Source of the DNA: a virus
Lineage: Duplodnaviria; Caudoviricetes
DNA length: 61,369 nucleotides
IMG/VR virus record: IMGVR_UViG_3300045912_000939
Coordinates: 1-61,369 of that record
Reading direction: 5' to 3' (one strand)
Shown: piece after piece, positions 46,852-56,156 of the stretch
Numbering within the stretch: the stretch's first letter is position 1
How the letters are laid out: every line of letters begins with the position of its first letter
The notes under the pieces: model-generated
Database searches by the model: none
What the model saw: the letters and a program-made list of their open reading frames with translations, nothing else
What the model was told of the DNA's origin: nothing
Made by a program: the position numbers and the translations under genes

Positions 46852-48960
46852 TCACTCATGGCCATGGCTTTCGTCGGCCTTACGGTAGTGCCGGCAGTTC
46901 GTCATCCCCGGCGAGGTGCGTACGGGCGGTTTGGGGGCGCCCAGCTCGAACGCGACGCGCGGGTTGTGGCACCAGCCCAGGCCGCCGCCCAGGTTGGGCT
47001 GGAAGTGCTTGCAGCTGGCGCAGGCTCGCTTGAAAGGCGCCGATAAATTGCGGGGGCGCAGATGCTTGGGGAGTTGCGCCGCATAGTCGCCGGTGATGGG
47101 CTGCTTGGGGCTTGCGTCCTTGCGCGCGCCGGTGATGGTGGTCGTGCCCATGCGCCGCATCAGGCCGGCGATGGCGTAGGCGTAGGCGTGGGCGAAGTGC
47201 GGTTCGACCGCCAGGTGCTTGAACAAATATCGGTAGCGGCCGGTGCGGATCGGCTCGCGCGTCTGCCGATCGGTCTCGACGATCTCGATGCTGGTCTTGG
47301 CGATGTTCTCGAGATGCTCGCGCAGCTCCGCGGCGAGCGGCGTGGGGGTGCGCTGGCCGCGCTTGAAGATCTCTTGTACGCGCCGCTCGAAGGCATCGGC
47401 CGGAATGACGGCGCGGTGGTACTTGAAGAGGTTGAAGGCCTGCAGCAGGTGCTTGTAGCGGTCGATCTTGACGATGTACTCGTACTTCGCCTCGGCCGCA
47501 CTCTTGCGAATCTTCTCGTCGTCGGCCTGGTCGCTCCACTTGAGCGGTTGATCCATCTCCTCGTCGTACTCCGCCAGCCAGATGACGCCGTGCGGGAACG
47601 CCCGTCCGAAGCCGCTCGAGAAGCTGTAGTCCGGCATGCGGTCCACCACGCCGATGTCGACCTGCCACTGTCGGGCGATGTCGATGCAGCGCTCCAACAC
47701 CGCCCGCTCCGGGTCGCGGGCGCTGCGGTAGTCCGCGCCCATGACCACCTCGAGGTGGCACAGGTACACGCGCCCGCCGGGGCCAAGCCGCCAGACGGTG
47801 ACGTGCTTCTCCTCGGGCCGCTGGTCGATGCCGATGGCCGTGTACCAGCCTTCAGGGTGCGGGCCGGGCTCGGGCCAGCGGTAGGACGGCTCGAGCTTCA
47901 TGGCGGCGTTGAACACCTCGGCGGTGACGATGACGGCGTTCGGGTCGCGGTGGGGGCGAGCGAGGAAGCTGTTGTAGAACTCGCTGGGGTTCTGCCCTTC
48001 GACGACCATCCGCTGGTAGGCTTGCCACATTTCAGGGAGGTAGCTGGGACCCTTGAGGATCTTGCTGAAGGTGTAGCCGTCCCAGTAGGCGTCGGCGGGG
48101 CCGAGCCGCACATAAGCGCCGCGCTGGGTGTCCGGGATCTCGGTGCCGCACTTGGGGCAGATGTAACGCAGGTTGGCCGGGTCGCGGGTGTCGACGCAGT
48201 CCGGCCAGGCCTCTTCCATGATGAAGCCCTTGTGGTGCTTGCAGCGGACGTTCGGGCAGAAGACATGCCAGTAGTGCTGGCTGGACTGCTGGAAGTAGTA
48301 GTCGATGTCCATGCCGGGGAAGCCGGCGGTCGAGTTGAGGTCGATGATGCCGGGCGGGCCGTCGTCGTCCCAGTAGCGCGATTCGGAGACGCGCAAAAAG
48401 GCACGCTCGATCATGGCAACGGACATCAAGCGGCATTCGTCGAACAGCAGCGCGTCGAGCGGCACTGAATCGACCGCCGTGCCCGCGCGCATGCCGCGAA
48501 AGCGCATGTTCGAGTGGCCGATCCTCACGACCTCGACGGCGTCCACCCCGCCCACGCCGACTAGCCGCATCATGCGGGCGCTCGAGCGCATCATCGGCCT
48601 AAAGCGGGTCTTGTGCAGATCCAGCACGTCCTTCTCGGTAGGGAAGAAGAAGCCGACGTTGCAACGCTTGAAGATGTCGGCCGTGAGATAGGCGCCCTTG
48701 TAAAGCATTTCGACGGTGAGGCCGAGCTGAGCGGCTTTACGCTTGACCGAGCGGCGCTTGAGTGTGTCGCGGGTCTGGTCGTAAAGGGGGAGTGCGTAAG
48801 CGCGACCTTCGAGACTGAAAGGCTGGCCGCCGTCACCTTCGGGCTTCATGCCCGACGCGACGCACCAGGTGGCGAAGTGGCGCAGCTCTTCGGAGGTGAA
48901 CTCGGGCTTGGTAGGCTCGAGCGTCTCGGCGAAGGCGTGAGCCAACTCCTGGACGAACAT
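46852..48960 (-). CDS. Terminase large subunit (GpA-like)
   Basis: KAAQLGLT Walker A variant, LLFDE Walker B, CPKCG, IGID nuclease. Confidence 0.9.
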   Translation of the reverse strand: MFVQELAHAFAETLEPTKPEFTSEELRHFATWCVASGMKPEGDGGQPFSLEGRAYALPLYDQTRDTLKRRSVKRKAAQLGLTVEMLYKGAYLTADIFKRCNVGFFFPTEKDVLDLHKTRFRPMMRSSARMMRLVGVGGVDAVEVVRIGHSNMRFRGMRAGTAVDSVPLDALLFDECRLMSVAMIERAFLRVSESRYWDDDGPPGIIDLNSTAGFPGMDIDYYFQQSSQHYWHVFCPNVRCKHHKGFIMEEAWPDCVDTRDPANLRYICPKCGTEIPDTQRGAYVRLGPADAYWDGYTFSKILKGPSYLPEMWQAYQRMVVEGQNPSEFYNSFLARPHRDPNAVIVTAEVFNAAMKLEPSYRWPEPGPHPEGWYTAIGIDQRPEEKHVTVWRLGPGGRVYLCHLEVVMGADYRSARDPERAVLERCIDIARQWQVDIGVVDRMPDYSFSSGFGRAFPHGVIWLAEYDEEMDQPLKWSDQADDEKIRKSAAEAKYEYIVKIDRYKHLLQAFNLFKYHRAVIPADAFERRVQEIFKRGQRTPTPLAAELREHLENIAKTSIEIVETDRQTREPIRTGRYRYLFKHLAVEPHFAHAYAYAIAGLMRRMGTTTITGARKDASPKQPITGDYAAQLPKHLRPRNLSAPFKRACASCKHFQPNLGGGLGWCHNPRVAFELGAPKPPVRTSPGMTNCRHYRKADESHGHE

Positions 48961-49655
48961 TAGGCATCGAGGGCTTTGGGGGCGCCCAGTGGCCCTAGCA
49001 CCTCGCGCTTGATCCGCTCGAGCACGGCCTCGTACTGCTCGCGGGGGAGGCTCTCCAGGAGCACGACCTTCAGCGCTTTCGTCCACTCGATAAACTGCTC
49101 GAGCGCTTTCGCCTGGGCGGTCTTGGCGACGATGTCGGCGCGCATCTTGGCGATGCGCACCACGTCCTTGTTGAGTTCGGCAAGGGCCTGCAGGTAGCTT
49201 GAGAGATTGCTGTAGAGCCGGGCGGCCTGCATGAGCTCCACTGGGTCGGGGTACTGGCCGTCGTCGATGGCGCGCCTAAGCGCGTCGCGCAGCTCGTTGG
49301 CGTCGGGTTGGAGAGAGAGGGCGTTCTGCAACAGGACGCGCGCCAAGGTGATCTCGCGGTCGGTGTTGTCGAGGTCTCGTTCGAGCTCGAGCGCCTGCTC
49401 GAGCATCTCTTGCACCATGCCCGCGCGGCGCACGCTGTAGATCCCGGTAATGGGTGGTCGGCCCGCGGGCTTGGCGCGCCCCTCGCGTTCGCGCTTCGCC
49501 GAGCCTGGGCCGTGCATCCAGCACTTGGTAAACCCCGTGCGCGCGATGCCGTTGCACTGTTCGCCGTTGCGCTTGACCGCCTGACAGCGCGGTCGTCCGT
49601 CGGAGCGCTTGGGCTCGAGCGAACGCTTGGGTACCTTGGGCTTCTTTTGACGCAT
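48960..49655 (-). CDS. Terminase small subunit
   Basis: CQAVKRNGEQC..CWMHG (HGGxSTG-like); coupled to large subunit. Confidence 0.75.
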   Translation of the reverse strand: MRQKKPKVPKRSLEPKRSDGRPRCQAVKRNGEQCNGIARTGFTKCWMHGPGSAKREREGRAKPAGRPPITGIYSVRRAGMVQEMLEQALELERDLDNTDREITLARVLLQNALSLQPDANELRDALRRAIDDGQYPDPVELMQAARLYSNLSSYLQALAELNKDVVRIAKMRADIVAKTAQAKALEQFIEWTKALKVVLLESLPREQYEAVLERIKREVLGPLGAPKALDA

Positions 49656-49663
49656 GGGTTTCC

Positions 49664-49855
49664 TCAGTCCTCTCCCATGGCCAAGGTGTTAGCGCAAGGC
49701 GTCGCCTCTTGCGGCGAGTCGACGATGGCATAGTGCTGATCGCAGCGAGGGCAGGCGACGAGGGTCGCGCCAGCCTCGCCGCGCAGGGGTTGCCGGCAGA
49801 CGGCGCAGCGCACGCCGCTCTCTAGCTGTTCGGCGCTGAGTTCCAGCACAATCAT
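49664..49855 (-). CDS. Small zinc-ribbon protein
   Basis: CAVC..CPRC. Confidence 0.5.
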   Translation of the reverse strand: MIVLELSAEQLESGVRCAVCRQPLRGEAGATLVACPRCDQHYAIVDSPQEATPCANTLAMGED

Positions 49856-50064
49856 GACTCTTCCCTCCGCGCCAGGTTCCACATGTCGATGGCGGGTTCT
49901 AGGCGCGCATCGCCCCGCGCGTAAGCGTTGCGGAACTCGACCCACCAATCGCCACATTTGCACCCGACGCGCCCCCACTTTGCCTGGTCGTAGCAGTCGA
50001 GTTGCAGGTCGTTTGCGGTATGGGGTGCGCCACAGGGACAGGGTTTGACGATCTGGGTCGGCAT
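49852..50064 (-). CDS. Lar-like zinc protein
   Basis: KPCPCG..CKCG..AIDMWN. Confidence 0.55.
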   Translation of the reverse strand: MPTQIVKPCPCGAPHTANDLQLDCYDQAKWGRVGCKCGDWWVEFRNAYARGDARLEPAIDMWNLARREES

Positions 50065-50068
50065 GGCG

Positions 50069-50974
50069 TCAGTCCTCCAAAGGCAGGTGATCGTCGCACG
50101 GTTTGGGTTCCGGCACGCTCGCGAGGCCGCAGGTCAGGTTGCGGTCGTTCCAGAACTGGCATTGGCAGCGATTGAGGTGGCGGAGTGCGTGCTCGAGCGC
50201 CGCTTCGCCGAAGAGTTCGCGGACGGCGCGCTCGGGCACGAGATGGCGATCCGGCAGGTGCGGGTGTGGCACGATCCCGTGACCGGTGAGGGTGCGGCTC
50301 TCCCGGTCGAGGTTGGCCGTGAACGTGCCAAGTTCGCCGCGGCTCCAAGCCGGAGCGCGGGTCGAAGCGGCAGCGGCGCGTAGCGCGTGCTCGAGCGTCA
50401 CATCGGGGCCAGGGTCGCCGATGATGCGCCACTCGCGCCACCGCGTGTAGCGAACCGGCAGGCGCCGACCGTCCGCCTGGAGTTCATAGCCCTCGCCCAC
50501 GGCGTGCAGCGTGCCGGTGAGGGTACGGTAGTCCCCTACCGCGCTCACTTTGGGCGGCGGGGTGAAGCAGCGGAAGTCGATGTGCCACTCGCGCAGAAAC
50601 ACGTAGAGCTTGGACTCGTGCGTGAGGCCGATCTCGCGAGCGAACTGCGATACGGTGCCGCGCCGGGTAAGGAGCGCGTAGAGGAGTAGCACACGGTGCT
50701 TCCAATCTCCCCAATATTCGCAGGCCTCGAAGCTGCGCGCTTGTCCTCGCGGGCGCGCATTGCGCAGGATGCGCACGGCCGTCTCGTGCTCGATGCCGCT
50801 CACCACCAGGGTTTCGACCGCGCGCTTGAGGTGCGGCGCGTGCTCGCGCCCGATGAACTCGTGCCAGCGAACGCCGCTGCCGACCAGGGCGTTTTCGCGC
50901 CAGCGCTCGAGCGCGCTGCGAGGGGCCTGCCCTGAGCGCAGCGAAGGGGTGGATGCTTGGGTCGCTTCGAGCAT
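50069..50974 (-). CDS. Hypothetical protein with HTH-like segment (candidate late regulator)
   Basis: TVSQFAREIGLTHESKLYVFL; C-terminal Cys cluster; upstream of terminase. Confidence 0.55.
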   Translation of the reverse strand: MLEATQASTPSLRSGQAPRSALERWRENALVGSGVRWHEFIGREHAPHLKRAVETLVVSGIEHETAVRILRNARPRGQARSFEACEYWGDWKHRVLLLYALLTRRGTVSQFAREIGLTHESKLYVFLREWHIDFRCFTPPPKVSAVGDYRTLTGTLHAVGEGYELQADGRRLPVRYTRWREWRIIGDPGPDVTLEHALRAAAASTRAPAWSRGELGTFTANLDRESRTLTGHGIVPHPHLPDRHLVPERAVRELFGEAALEHALRHLNRCQCQFWNDRNLTCGLASVPEPKPCDDHLPLED

Positions 50975-50979
50975 GCGCC

Positions 50980-51831
50980 TTAGTTGAGGTCCTTCTCGCG
51001 CCCCGAGGCGCCGGCGGAGAGGCTTGGCGGGCTGAGGATGGTCGTGAGGCGGGCGTTGGCGTCGCGCAGCAGCTCACGCAGGGGTGTGGGCCAGTCGGCA
51101 GGCTCGTCGACGAGGGCTTCGCGGGCGCTGCTCACCTGAACGGAAAGGATGCTGCGGGCGGCGCGCTCGAGCGTCCCATAGGTCTCGGTCGGTTCCCAGA
51201 TGCCGCGTTGCGGTGTGAACGGCTTGGGCAGTTTGGTGTCTATCGTTCCCCTGGCGTCCCCGCCCTGAGCGGAGCCGAAGGGGTCGCGGGGCGTCTCTTC
51301 GACGGCGACGGCTTGAGCGGGGAGAGTATGGGGGGAGCGGTTGCGCCACTTGCCGTCGCTACCCTGGAGCTTGTCGAACTGGCTAATTTCGCCAGTTGTT
51401 TCGAGCGCGATGCGCGTGGAGCGGACGGTGGCGTGATTGGCGCCCACCTCGTCGGCGATGCGCCTGTCCGCCCAGTGCGTGTAGTGGAGCAGGTAGTAGG
51501 CGATGACGTTTTGCAGCTCTTCGCGGCTGAGCTGGCGACGGCGGACGTTGTTCATCACCAGGTAGCGAACCTCTTCGTTTTCGTCCGCGAACGAGCGCTC
51601 GATGCAGGGGAGTGCGTCGAGCTCGAGCGCCCTCCCGGCACGCCAGCGTTGATGGCCGTCGACGACCGTCGGTGTGCCGGTGCGCGTGGAGATGATGAGC
51701 GGTTGTAAGATCCCGCGTTCCTCGACGTCGGCAAGGAACTGCAGCCACTCGTCGCCGTCGATGGGGCGGAACAGCGCACGCTGCTGAGGGTGCTCTTGCA
51801 GTTCGGCGGGGGGAAGCCAGACGATGCGCAC
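50980..51831 (-). CDS. ParB N-terminal domain + HTH protein
   Basis: GILQPLII, VVDGHQRWRA, NNVRRRQL, DRRIADEVG; GGAGGT RBS before GTG. Confidence 0.85.
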   Translation of the reverse strand: MRIVWLPPAELQEHPQQRALFRPIDGDEWLQFLADVEERGILQPLIISTRTGTPTVVDGHQRWRAGRALELDALPCIERSFADENEEVRYLVMNNVRRRQLSREELQNVIAYYLLHYTHWADRRIADEVGANHATVRSTRIALETTGEISQFDKLQGSDGKWRNRSPHTLPAQAVAVEETPRDPFGSAQGGDARGTIDTKLPKPFTPQRGIWEPTETYGTLERAARSILSVQVSSAREALVDEPADWPTPLRELLRDANARLTTILSPPSLSAGASGREKDLN

Positions 51832-51942
51832 CGTTACCTCCAAGCGGGGAGCTTGCTCCAAGATGGTGCCAACATTGCTCTAGATTGTATCAGACTGTCC
51901 CTCCGGATGGTGTAAAGCCCTGCACACCTTGCGTGCTGAACG

Positions 51943-52170
51943 CTATTCGGTCCTGAAGTCGTCGGGCACGGCCTCGGTCACATGCAGGCCGCTGTCCAGC
52001 GTGTGTAACGCTCGCGTCCAGAATTCGGCCTCATGCGAAGTCTGAGCGTTGCCGTGCGCCTGCTCGAGCATCTCTCTGAGTTCGCTGACCGTCTCGTCGG
52101 CGATGAGCCACCATCGTGCGTTCGTCATGTCTTGTCCTTCCTTTCGTCCGAGTTTGGAATCAGGATTCAT
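51943..52170 (-). CDS. Hypothetical protein
   Basis: ATGA overlap; alternative start 52128. Confidence 0.5.
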   Translation of the reverse strand: MNPDSKLGRKEGQDMTNARWWLIADETVSELREMLEQAHGNAQTSHEAEFWTRALHTLDSGLHVTEAVPDDFRTE

Positions 52171-52751
52171 CGTGTTCCTCCGTTTCTCCATAGTCCCTTC
52201 GTTGGACGTGTAGACGTACGCGGCTGCGTCGCCAGTCGGAAGCGGGCCGTGCAGAGCCACCAGCACCCGAGCCCGAGTGCGTCGATCACATGGCGAACGG
52301 CACTCGGCGGGATCTGCTGCAGGGCTTCTGTAGGCCAGTAGCCAAGCTCGAGCATCACCCGCGCGGCAATCCGAGCGTATTTGGCAGGCAGCTCGATGGG
52401 TGCCGACGGAAGCAGCTCAGCCCCATCCGCAAAGGACGGCTTCCACTTGCTGGCCGCGACCGAGCTCATGTGATGTCCGCGCGCCACAGCGGCCAGCTCG
52501 ATTGCGCCGATCACGCGATTGGGCCACGAGCTGTGAATGTTGACGTCGACCCCCTGATTTTCCCAGTCCTCGTAAATTACCAGGCTCGGCTCGTGCTCCT
52601 CGAAGACGGTGAGGAGCTCGAGCGCTGCCCCCGGCCGGTAGACGAGCACCCCGGCAGCTGCCACGGCGATCCCCTTGGGGGTGTCGTTGAAGGCTGCCCA
52701 GCCGGTGGTGAGGCCGGGATCGAACACGAGCAGGGGGGATGCGGTATTCAT
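52167..52751 (-). CDS. RuvC-like Holliday junction resolvase
   Basis: VFDPGLTTGWA, VIYED, HVIDALG. Confidence 0.8.
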   Translation of the reverse strand: MNTASPLLVFDPGLTTGWAAFNDTPKGIAVAAAGVLVYRPGAALELLTVFEEHEPSLVIYEDWENQGVDVNIHSSWPNRVIGAIELAAVARGHHMSSVAASKWKPSFADGAELLPSAPIELPAKYARIAARVMLELGYWPTEALQQIPPSAVRHVIDALGLGCWWLCTARFRLATQPRTSTRPTKGLWRNGGTR

Positions 52752-52909
52752 GACTGGCTCCTTTTTTCGTCTACGAAACGGGTGTCGATCATGAAAACCG
52801 TCTCGTTTCCGTCGATGAGGAAGAGGTTGCGGTGCCCGCGGGCGATGACGTCACGGAAACCTTCGACAGCCTTGCGGAAGCTGGCTTTGGCTTTACGGGT
52901 TATGCGCAT
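52748..52909 (-). CDS. Small hypothetical protein
   Basis: Coupled in operon. Confidence 0.45.
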   Translation of the reverse strand: MRITRKAKASFRKAVEGFRDVIARGHRNLFLIDGNETVFMIDTRFVDEKRSQS

Positions 52910-52911
52910 GG

Positions 52912-53343
52912 TTACCGCCCTTCTACAAAGAGGGCAATCTGCTCCGCACCTCTGCCGAGCGCTTGAGTGTCCGGGTAGTAGTACGCTCGTGGGTTTTCGC
53001 GGTAAAGGCGCCACCGTTCCATCAGCTTCTTCGGTTGCATATGCTCTGGCAATACCAGATACTGCCAACCCTTCCCATAAGGGGGCTCGAGCTGTTCTCG
53101 CGGCAGCGCGTCGAGTCGCCGCTTGAGCAGCGATTGTGCTGCTTGCAACAACTCGTCTCGGTCGTACCTGCGCCCAACAGCCGCCTCGAAATACTGCGCT
53201 AGCTCCTCACGCAGCGTCCACCTGGCGGGCTCCCAATCGTAGGGCTGCTCTTTTGCCATGATGTACAGCAGGTGCAGCACTCTGGACTCGTGCCCACCCG
53301 ACCGCTCTCCCAAAAACACTTCTAGGTGTCGCTCAAGGGTCAT
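52912..53343 (-). CDS. Hypothetical protein
   Basis: GGGAG RBS, operon position. Confidence 0.6.
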   Translation of the reverse strand: MTLERHLEVFLGERSGGHESRVLHLLYIMAKEQPYDWEPARWTLREELAQYFEAAVGRRYDRDELLQAAQSLLKRRLDALPREQLEPPYGKGWQYLVLPEHMQPKKLMERWRLYRENPRAYYYPDTQALGRGAEQIALFVEGR

Positions 53344-53557
53344 GGCGTTGGCACTCCCACGCAAGCTCGAGCCTCCGCTTGCCCTCGTCGACGTCTCCGA
53401 ACGCCCAGGCGGCAAGCCCGCCGAGCACGAAGCGGTTGAAGTTTTCGGTGAACTTGCCGTTGCCGAGAAACGCGCGCCTTGGCAGCTTATCCTCGAGGGC
53501 CAGCCGAACCAGGGCCTGGTAGCGCAGCGGGACACGGGGTATAGCGCTGTTTTGCAT
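53333..53557 (-). CDS. Hypothetical protein
   Basis: GGAGG RBS after dnaB. Confidence 0.5.
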   Translation of the reverse strand: MQNSAIPRVPLRYQALVRLALEDKLPRRAFLGNGKFTENFNRFVLGGLAAWAFGDVDEGKRRLELAWECQRHDP

Positions 53558-53567
53558 CGCACCTCCC

Positions 53568-54905
53568 TTAAACCCCGACAGCAGAGGCCATCGACCGGAA
53601 GCGCGTGTGCGCATCCAGGTATACGAGCTCCACCGTCCCGGTAGGACCATTGCGCTGCTTGCCGACGATGATCTCCGCGACGTTCGGGTGCTTGCTCTCC
53701 CTATGCTCTTTCGCCGCGTAGTAGTCGTCACGATAGATGAACATCACCACGTCGCTGTCCTGCTCGAGGCTGCCGCTTTCCCTCAGGTCTGACAGCACCG
53801 GGCGCTTATTCGTGCGCTTCTCCACATCTCGCGAAAGCTGCGCGAGCGCCAGAACGGGTACTTCGAGCTCGCGAGCGATGCCCTTGAGTCCGCGCGAAAT
53901 CGCGCCGATCTCCTGCTCCCGATTGGATATGCGCGTGCCCGAGGCGTTCATGAGTTGCAGGTAATCCACGACGATCAACGACAGCGGCGTGCGGCTGGCA
54001 ATCCGCCGGCAGCGGCTGCGGCACTCCATGATGCTGAGCTCGCTGCTGTCGTCGATGATGATGCTCGAGCCGGCAAGCTCCTCGAGCACGCGGGTCGCCT
54101 TGTTGAGGTCGTTGGCGCCCAGCTGGCCGTTCCGTATGCGCTGCATATCGATCTTGCCACGCATCGACAGCAAACGTAAAGCGAGCTGCACGCGTGACAT
54201 TTCGAGACTGTAGAGCAGCACGCCCTTTTTGAGCTCCAGTGCAACGTACTCCGCCACGGAAAGTGCCCATGCGGTTTTGCCCATGCTCGGCCGGGCTGCG
54301 AGTAGATTGAGGCTGCCAGGCTGCAGGCCACTAAGCAGGCGGTCTAAATCCGGGAAGCCGGTCGGGAGCCCGGAGAGGCCGCCGCTTTTCATCGCGTCGA
54401 GGTAGGCAAGTACCTCAGCGGTGATCGTGTGCATGTCGTGATAGGTTTGCCCGGTGTGGGTGTTGGCAACCCGGTAGATCTCCTGCTGGCAGCTGTCGAG
54501 CAGCTCCTCGAGCTCCTCGGCCTGGTCGAAGGCTTTCTGCATGATGCCACCGGCCGCATGGATGAGGTTCCGGAGGATGCTTTTCTCCTTCACGACGCGG
54601 GCGTACGACTCGGTGTACGCGGCCGTGGGTGCCTCGTCGGCGATACCGACCAGCACTAGGGCATCCTGTTCGTCACGGAGGTCGCCGCGGCGGCGCATGA
54701 TCTCGGTCACATGCACCAAATCGATGGGGTCGTTTCGGTCGGCGACCGCGAGGATCGCGCGGTAAATCTTGCGGTGGAACTCCTTGTAGAAGTCTTCAGG
54801 CTGGAGGACATCCCGGATTGCCTCGAGCTGCTCGTTGTCGATCATGATTCCGCCCAGGACGCCGATCTCGGCCTCAAGGTTGGCGGGGGGTTCCCGGCTC
54901 GACAT
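53568..54905 (-). CDS. dnaB: Replicative DNA helicase
   Basis: AARPSMGKT, SLEMS, VDYLQLM, DLRESGSLEQDSD, KQRNGPTG. Confidence 0.97.
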   Translation of the reverse strand: MSSREPPANLEAEIGVLGGIMIDNEQLEAIRDVLQPEDFYKEFHRKIYRAILAVADRNDPIDLVHVTEIMRRRGDLRDEQDALVLVGIADEAPTAAYTESYARVVKEKSILRNLIHAAGGIMQKAFDQAEELEELLDSCQQEIYRVANTHTGQTYHDMHTITAEVLAYLDAMKSGGLSGLPTGFPDLDRLLSGLQPGSLNLLAARPSMGKTAWALSVAEYVALELKKGVLLYSLEMSRVQLALRLLSMRGKIDMQRIRNGQLGANDLNKATRVLEELAGSSIIIDDSSELSIMECRSRCRRIASRTPLSLIVVDYLQLMNASGTRISNREQEIGAISRGLKGIARELEVPVLALAQLSRDVEKRTNKRPVLSDLRESGSLEQDSDVVMFIYRDDYYAAKEHRESKHPNVAEIIVGKQRNGPTGTVELVYLDAHTRFRSMASAVGV

Positions 54906-55987
54906 CAGTTCACCGCCCTTGCCCGCTGGACGCCCCCGTGGGAAGGGCTCAAGCCCGAAGGGACAGGCCTGCAGGCTTCAGGTGGGACGGGTGGGTGGTC
55001 GTCCTCAAACACCACCAGCGTGCCGACAGGTTTGCGGAGCACGTCGGCAATCACATGCTCGCTCATGTCGGGCAGTTGCACGCACATGCCGGGCTCGAGC
55101 CCGTCGCTGGGAGGTGCCGCAGCGTGGGGTTGTTTATGGGGGAGCAAACTTTTGTCGAGCGCGATTTCGCCCTGGAGGATGAGCAAGAAGGTCTTGTTGG
55201 TGCTGTGGACGGCGTCGCGCTTGGCTTGCTGGTGCGCCGCCAAAATTTCCGTCTCGCTCCATAGTGAAGCGAGCCGCTCGAGCTCCTCAAGCTCCACACG
55301 GTGGCCTCCAAGGTGCTTGAGGATGGCGGCGCCGCTTCGGCTTTGCCCGAGCGCGAGCCGCCGCGCAGTACGTTCTTCGCTGGATAGGTGCGGCTTCCTA
55401 TTGATGGCGGGCCGTGAGGTTGCCCTCGATGATGGCGCGCTTGTCCCGCAAGAATCAAGCCCCTCCTCCTTCGTCGCTTCGATAGCGCTACTGGAGTGAG
55501 GGGGGGTAGGGGGGGAGGAGTCTTTAGCTTTATCTTTAACTTCCTCTTTACCCAACCTAGCTCCGTCGTTACTCCGTCCTTGGTCCGGCGTTAGTCCGGC
55601 GTTAGTCCGGAGTACAGATAATGCTGTGCCTGACGTGTCTTGCTTCGTTGGAGGCGGAATCTTGGATTCCGCTTCCTTGTCCTTGCGCAGCCCCACCTGG
55701 TGAGTCTCAAATTTCGGGAAGTGGAGGTACGCCCGACCTTCGACGGAGTAAAGACGGACCAACTCCGCCTCATGGAGGGCCTCGAGTGCGGCGATGATCT
55801 GCTCGGGAGTGAAGCCTAGATAGGTGAACACCTGCCCGGCGAGGTAGCGGGGATCCGCCTTGACCCGGCCTTCCCGATCGGCGTGCGGGATCATCATCAG
55901 GAACATCAGGCGCGTCTCGTGATCGGGAAGCTCAGCGAACTGTTCGGATTCGCTGATGCTTTTGCTGATGAACCGGCCTCTAGCCAT
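54905..55987 (-). CDS. Phage replication initiator
   Basis: MARGRFISKS..ADREGR..YLHFPKFETHQ; internal iterons; upstream of dnaB. Confidence 0.8.
   Translation of the reverse strand: MARGRFISKSISESEQFAELPDHETRLMFLMMIPHADREGRVKADPRYLAGQVFTYLGFTPEQIIAALEALHEAELVRLYSVEGRAYLHFPKFETHQVGLRKDKEAESKIPPPTKQDTSGTALSVLRTNAGLTPDQGRSNDGARLGKEEVKDKAKDSSPPTPPHSSSAIEATKEEGLDSCGTSAPSSRATSRPAINRKPHLSSEERTARRLALGQSRSGAAILKHLGGHRVELEELERLASLWSETEILAAHQQAKRDAVHSTNKTFLLILQGEIALDKSLLPHKQPHAAAPPSDGLEPGMCVQLPDMSEHVIADVLRKPVGTLVVFEDDHPPVPPEACRPVPSGLSPSHGGVQRARAVN
55521..55612. repeat. Putative origin: ~5 degenerate 11-bp iterons (TTAGTCCGGCG) plus pyrimidine/AT-rich tract
   Basis: ttactccgtcc ttggtccggcg ttagtccggcg ttagtccggag next to tctttagctttatctttaac. 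Confidence 0.7.
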
Positions 55988-56156
55988 AACGACACACCTC
56001 CGCGATTTCGCGCCGTTCCTTGTAGCGCGCGACAAGGAAGTTGTGGATCTCGCGCAGCTCGGCGTAGCACGCTTGCAACTCACTTGCTGTGAGGTCGGAT
56101 CTAGCAAGCGCCTTACCCAAGCTCTGCGCTCGTTGCTCCAGGCTTTGCCGGGTCAT
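55980..56156 (-). CDS. Small hypothetical protein
   Basis: GGAGG RBS, overlaps. Confidence 0.5.
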   Translation of the reverse strand: MTRQSLEQRAQSLGKALARSDLTASELQACYAELREIHNFLVARYKERREIAEVCRYG

